DNA of 11,596 nt from a virus (lineage: Duplodnaviria; Heunggongvirae; Uroviricota; Caudoviricetes), in the IMG/VR virus record IMGVR_UViG_2740892036_000005, positions 1 through 11,596 of that record. One strand, 5' to 3'. Positions 8,722 to 11,596 of this stretch are shown piece by piece. Positions within the stretch are counted from its first letter, which is position 1, and each line of letters opens with the position of its first letter. A program made the position numbers and the translations under genes. The notes under the pieces were generated by a model. The model made no database searches. It was not told where the DNA came from and was given only the letters and a program-made list of their open reading frames with translations.

Positions 8722-8750
8722 TAAACGATAAAACCGCCCGGAGGCGGTTT
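8722..8750 (-). terminator. Hairpin plus U-rich tract between I and J (weak terminator or RNA-stability element)
   Basis: On the minus strand: AAACCGCC-UCCG-GGCGGUUU followed by UAUCGUUUAU (stem plus 8731..8738 / 8743..8750). The U-tract is interrupted, so this is weaker than the two hairpins flanking lom. Confidence 0.4.
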
Positions 8751-8768
8751 CACATAAAACGTTTTTCA

Positions 8769-9410
8769 TCAGCGACCAATCACCACAACCTGACCACCAT
8801 CACCTTCATCTGCTGTGCTGATCTCCTGAGATACCACACGTGATCCCACGCGCATTTCACCGTACAGAACGGGCAGAACATTGCCCTGGGCAACCATATT
8901 ATCCAGTGAAGAAAAATAGGTGTTCTGTTTGCCGTTATCCGTTGTCTGTGTGCGGGGGGTTTTGGGTTTAGGGGCCAGCATCTGTGCAACACCGCCAAGC
9001 GTCATACTGGCACCGAGAGAAAACAGCAGATTACTCGCCATAATTCCTACCCCCGGCATCCATATAGCAACCGCCATAACAGCCGCCCCCAGCACAGCCT
9101 GAAACACACCGCCACTTTTGGCTCCTGCCAGACGCGGCACGATATGGATCACAGCACCATTTGCCAGCGGTTCATTAAGACGGGCTGATAATTCCGTTTC
9201 ACCTGTATCACGCCCGGCAATGCGTACCTGATACCAGCCGTCGCTCAGCTTCTGACGAAACGCCGGGATCTGCATGGCCAGCGCCCGGATGGCTTCGGCC
9301 CCCGTTTTCACACGCAGATCGATGCGGCGGCCAAATCGTTGTAAATCCCCGTAAAGGCAGATGCGTGCCATGCCTGGTGACGCCAGAGGGAGTGTGTGCG
9401 TCGCTGCCAT
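8769..9410 (-). CDS. I: Tail assembly protein I
   Basis: 213 aa beginning MAATHTLPLASPGMARICLYGDLQRFGRRIDLRVKTGAEAIRALA... and ending ...MVAQGNVLPVLYGEMRVGSRVVSQEISTADEGDGGQVVVIGR, which I recognise as lambda gpI. The ATG at 9408..9410 lies inside the 3' end of K in another frame. The SD spacing is poor, so the start could instead be the internal Met-14. Confidence 0.88.
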   Translation of the reverse strand: MAATHTLPLASPGMARICLYGDLQRFGRRIDLRVKTGAEAIRALAMQIPAFRQKLSDGWYQVRIAGRDTGETELSARLNEPLANGAVIHIVPRLAGAKSGGVFQAVLGAAVMAVAIWMPGVGIMASNLLFSLGASMTLGGVAQMLAPKPKTPRTQTTDNGKQNTYFSSLDNMVAQGNVLPVLYGEMRVGSRVVSQEISTADEGDGGQVVVIGR

Positions 9411-10051
9411 TTGTCGGTATACCTCTCTCGTTTGCTCAGTTGTTCAGGAATATGGTGCAGCAGCTCGCCGTCACCACAGTAAATGGCGGCATGATTCGGC
9501 ACCGATGAACCAAAACAGCACAGCAGCACATCGCCCGGCTGCGCCGCTGACAACGGCACCTGATACAGCCCTGTGGCCTCCAGATTATCCAGATAGAGAT
9601 TCTGACCTGATTTCCACCAGTCATCATGTCGGTAAAAATCCGGCAAATCGATACCTGCAAGATGATAGGCATCGCGGAACAGCGTATAACAGTCCGTCAC
9701 CCCGTGCTCAAAGCGCCGCCCGGTGAGATGCGGCACACAGCGGAACTTGTGAATCGCCCCCCGGCAGACCAGCCACCACGGCAAATCACTCTGCACCTGC
9801 AGCCGCCGGTCAGCCTCACTCAGCCAGGGCAGACCACCGGGATGACTGTGGACCAGTGCCACAATCTCACCCTGCATCTCTGCCTGCAGCCAGTCCTCCG
9901 GAGCCATCCGGAAATAATCCTCCGGCTCACCGGAGATATTCACGCAGGGAAAATATCGTTCCCCCTCCGGCGCTCTCACCACGAAGCCGCACGACTCCGC
10001 TGGCGCACATCGCCGGGCGTGCGCCAGAATCGCTGATTCTGTCTCTGTCAT
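9308..10051 (-). CDS. K: Tail assembly protein K (MPN/JAMM domain plus NlpC/P60 domain)
   Basis: 247 aa, ATG at 10049..10051, 5 nt after the L stop. It contains a JAMM-type motif HSHPGGLPWLSEAD (H-x-H-x7-S-x2-D) and a C-terminal NlpC/P60-like region (VTDCYTLF ... NHAAIY). The sequence matches lambda gpK over the region the classical annotation covers; this ORF includes an N-terminal extension that completes the MPN fold. Confidence 0.88.
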   Translation of the reverse strand: MTETESAILAHARRCAPAESCGFVVRAPEGERYFPCVNISGEPEDYFRMAPEDWLQAEMQGEIVALVHSHPGGLPWLSEADRRLQVQSDLPWWLVCRGAIHKFRCVPHLTGRRFEHGVTDCYTLFRDAYHLAGIDLPDFYRHDDWWKSGQNLYLDNLEATGLYQVPLSAAQPGDVLLCCFGSSVPNHAAIYCGDGELLHHIPEQLSKRERYTDKWQRRTHSLWRHQAWHASAFTGIYNDLAAASICV

Positions 10052-10056
10052 GGGAT

Positions 10057-10755
10057 TTACTGCGAAAGTTTGTTAATGGAAAGGAAGCCGCCAAAGTTGC
10101 CGACGTTATTGCGAAACTTACAGCCGCTCAGGCATTTGCTGCATTTATCCTTCGTGATATCGGACGTTGGCTGGTCATATTCATCCGCGACAGCCGGACC
10201 GTGATAACCGCACTCATCACCGCGATAGGTCCAGGTGCAGGTGTTGGCCAGCATGATACGTCCCGGAAAAACAGCGCCGTCCGTTTCCGTCGGCGTGGAC
10301 AGTACAAAGGAGGCACTCACCGCGCTCAGTTCGCTGCACTGCTCGATGCGCCAGCGGCTGATCACCTCCTGCTCCGGATCGGCGTCACTGTTTCCGTTGA
10401 CGAAGTTCACCGCATCCAGAAAACGGGCGTAAACCTTACGCCGGACCACCGTTCCGCCGACCAGACTCTGCAGATCTTCCGCCATCCCGGTGACCATACC
10501 GTACAGGTTAGAAACCGTCAGCGTGGGGCGCGTACTGGTGCCTTTGCCATTCAGTTCAAAACCGCTCCCCTGAATGGGATACGGCTGATACTGTCGCCCC
10601 TGCCAGGTGACCGGCTCACCTTTTTCGTTCTGCTCATTACAGAAAAAATAACGTTCTCCACCGACCTCTGTCAGGTCGATTTCCCAGAGCACCACGCTGG
10701 CCGACTGCTCCGCACGGGTGCATTCATTCAGTGTTTCCTGCCGGATATCCTGCAT
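10057..10755 (-). CDS. L: Tail tip assembly protein L
   Basis: 232 aa, MQDIRQETLNECTRAEQSASVVLWEIDLTEVGGERYFFCNEQNEKGEPVTWQGRQYQPYPIQGSGFELNGKG..., recognised as lambda gpL. The ATG at 10753..10755 overlaps the M stop (TGATG). Confidence 0.93.
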   Translation of the reverse strand: MQDIRQETLNECTRAEQSASVVLWEIDLTEVGGERYFFCNEQNEKGEPVTWQGRQYQPYPIQGSGFELNGKGTSTRPTLTVSNLYGMVTGMAEDLQSLVGGTVVRRKVYARFLDAVNFVNGNSDADPEQEVISRWRIEQCSELSAVSASFVLSTPTETDGAVFPGRIMLANTCTWTYRGDECGYHGPAVADEYDQPTSDITKDKCSKCLSGCKFRNNVGNFGGFLSINKLSQ

Positions 10756-11084
10756 CAGTTCACCACCTGTTCAAACTCTGCGCTGAACTCAACACGCAGC
10801 ATACTGACCCGCGACGACCATTTTGCGCAGGTCACCTTTATCTGCCGCCACTCATAAGGCGGCGTCCACAGAAAGGCTTTCCAGCCCCCGTGCTCTTCCA
10901 GAAACGACTCCAGTACCGTGGCCTCCCAACGGGGGACAGAAAGCGTCACGCTGTACGTTTTCAGGTTGGCATTCAGCCCGGCAGGCGCTCGCTGGGAATA
11001 GCCATCACCAAAGCGCACCTTTCTTACAGAAGGGGCCGAAGCCACATCCATACCGGGTTTCACTTTCCAGCGGAAGGTTTTCAT
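10755..11084 (-). CDS. M: Tail tip assembly protein M
   Basis: 109 aa, MKTFRWKVKPGMDVASAPSVRKVRFGDGYSQRAPAGLNANLKTYSVTLSVP..., recognised as lambda gpM. The ATG at 11082..11084 overlaps the H stop (ATGA). Confidence 0.93.
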   Translation of the reverse strand: MKTFRWKVKPGMDVASAPSVRKVRFGDGYSQRAPAGLNANLKTYSVTLSVPRWEATVLESFLEEHGGWKAFLWTPPYEWRQIKVTCAKWSSRVSMLRVEFSAEFEQVVN

Positions 11085-11596
11085 CGTCCACCTCCGGAGA
11101 ACAGGCCACCATCACGCATCTGTGTCTGAATTTCATCACGGGCACCCTTGCGGGCCATGTCATACACCGCCTTCAGAGCAGCCGGACCTATCTGCCCGTT
11201 CGTGCCGTCGTTGTTAATCACCACATGGTTATTCTGCTCAAACGTCCCGGACGCCTGCGACCGGCTGTCAGCCAGACTGCCCGGTGTACCGACATAACCA
11301 CCGGTGGCATAGCCGCGCATCAGCCGGTAGAGATTCCCCACGCCAATCCGGCTGGTTGCCTCCTTAGTGAAGACAAATTCACCACGGTGAACAATCCCCG
11401 CTGGCTCATATTTGCCGCCGGTTCCCGTAAACCCTCCGGTCGCAAAATGGAATTTCGCCGCAGCTGCCTGAATGGCTGTACCGCCTGACGCGGATGCGCC
11501 GCCACCAACAGCCCCGCCAATGGCGCTGCCGATACTCCCGACAATCCCCACCATTGCCTGCTTAAGCAGAATTTCTGTCATCATGGACAGCACGGA
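11081..11596 (-). CDS. H: Tail tape measure protein H, C-terminal portion (gene continues beyond the right edge)
   Basis: The reading frame is open to the window edge (codon 11594..11596 is in frame). The C-terminal sequence ...TEILLKQAMVGIVGSIGSAIGGAVGGGASASGG...GGKYEPAGIVHRGEFVFTKEATSRIGVGNLYRLMRGYATGGYVG...QMRDGGLFSGGGR is the Gly-rich C-terminus I recognise from lambda gpH. Stop is TGA at 11081..11083. Confidence 0.9.
   Translation of the reverse strand, partial: SVLSMMTEILLKQAMVGIVGSIGSAIGGAVGGGASASGGTAIQAAAAKFHFATGGFTGTGGKYEPAGIVHRGEFVFTKEATSRIGVGNLYRLMRGYATGGYVGTPGSLADSRSQASGTFEQNNHVVINNDGTNGQIGPAALKAVYDMARKGARDEIQTQMRDGGLFSGGGR

Noticed and set aside
9856-11488. Plus-strand ORFs of 333 aa (9856..10857) and 221 aa (10823..11488)
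   Set aside because: They are antisense to K, L, M and H, whose products match lambda proteins. The translations are low-complexity and Arg/Pro-rich, with no motifs.
1-11596. Search for CRISPR repeats, defence systems, integrase/transposase or toxin-antitoxin pairs
   Set aside because: I found no regularly spaced direct repeats with spacers, and every substantial ORF is accounted for by a recognisable tail-morphogenesis protein or Lom. The window is a conventional lambdoid tail module with mosaic distal ends.

Overview
This window is the distal tail-assembly module of a lambda-like (lambdoid) prophage, with every gene on the minus strand in the canonical lambda order: H (3' part, runs off the right edge), M, L, K, I, J, lom, then a long side tail fibre (stf). 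I assigned the genes by recognising the translated proteins; no database search was possible. The start/stop overlaps typical of lambda are present (H/M ATGA, M/L TGATG, L/K 5 nt apart, K/I about 100 nt overlap in different frames). I see no CRISPR array, tRNA, rRNA, transposase, or toxin/defence system, so I do not claim a novel system. The points worth a second look are: (1) the tail fibre is a mosaic with a lambda-Stf-like N-terminus, a 14-residue-periodic Ala/Ser-rich shaft, and a C-terminal peptidase-S74-type intramolecular chaperone domain; (2) a start-less 3' fragment of a tail-fibre-assembly gene (tfa) sits in frame directly after the stf stop codon, probably a recombination scar; (3) the C-terminal receptor-binding third of J has diverged from lambda J; (4) lom is bracketed by two strong hairpin-plus-U-tract terminators on its own strand; (5) an abrupt AT-rich non-coding flank at 1..340. 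The long plus-strand ORFs in the track are antisense to these genes and are treated as artefacts.
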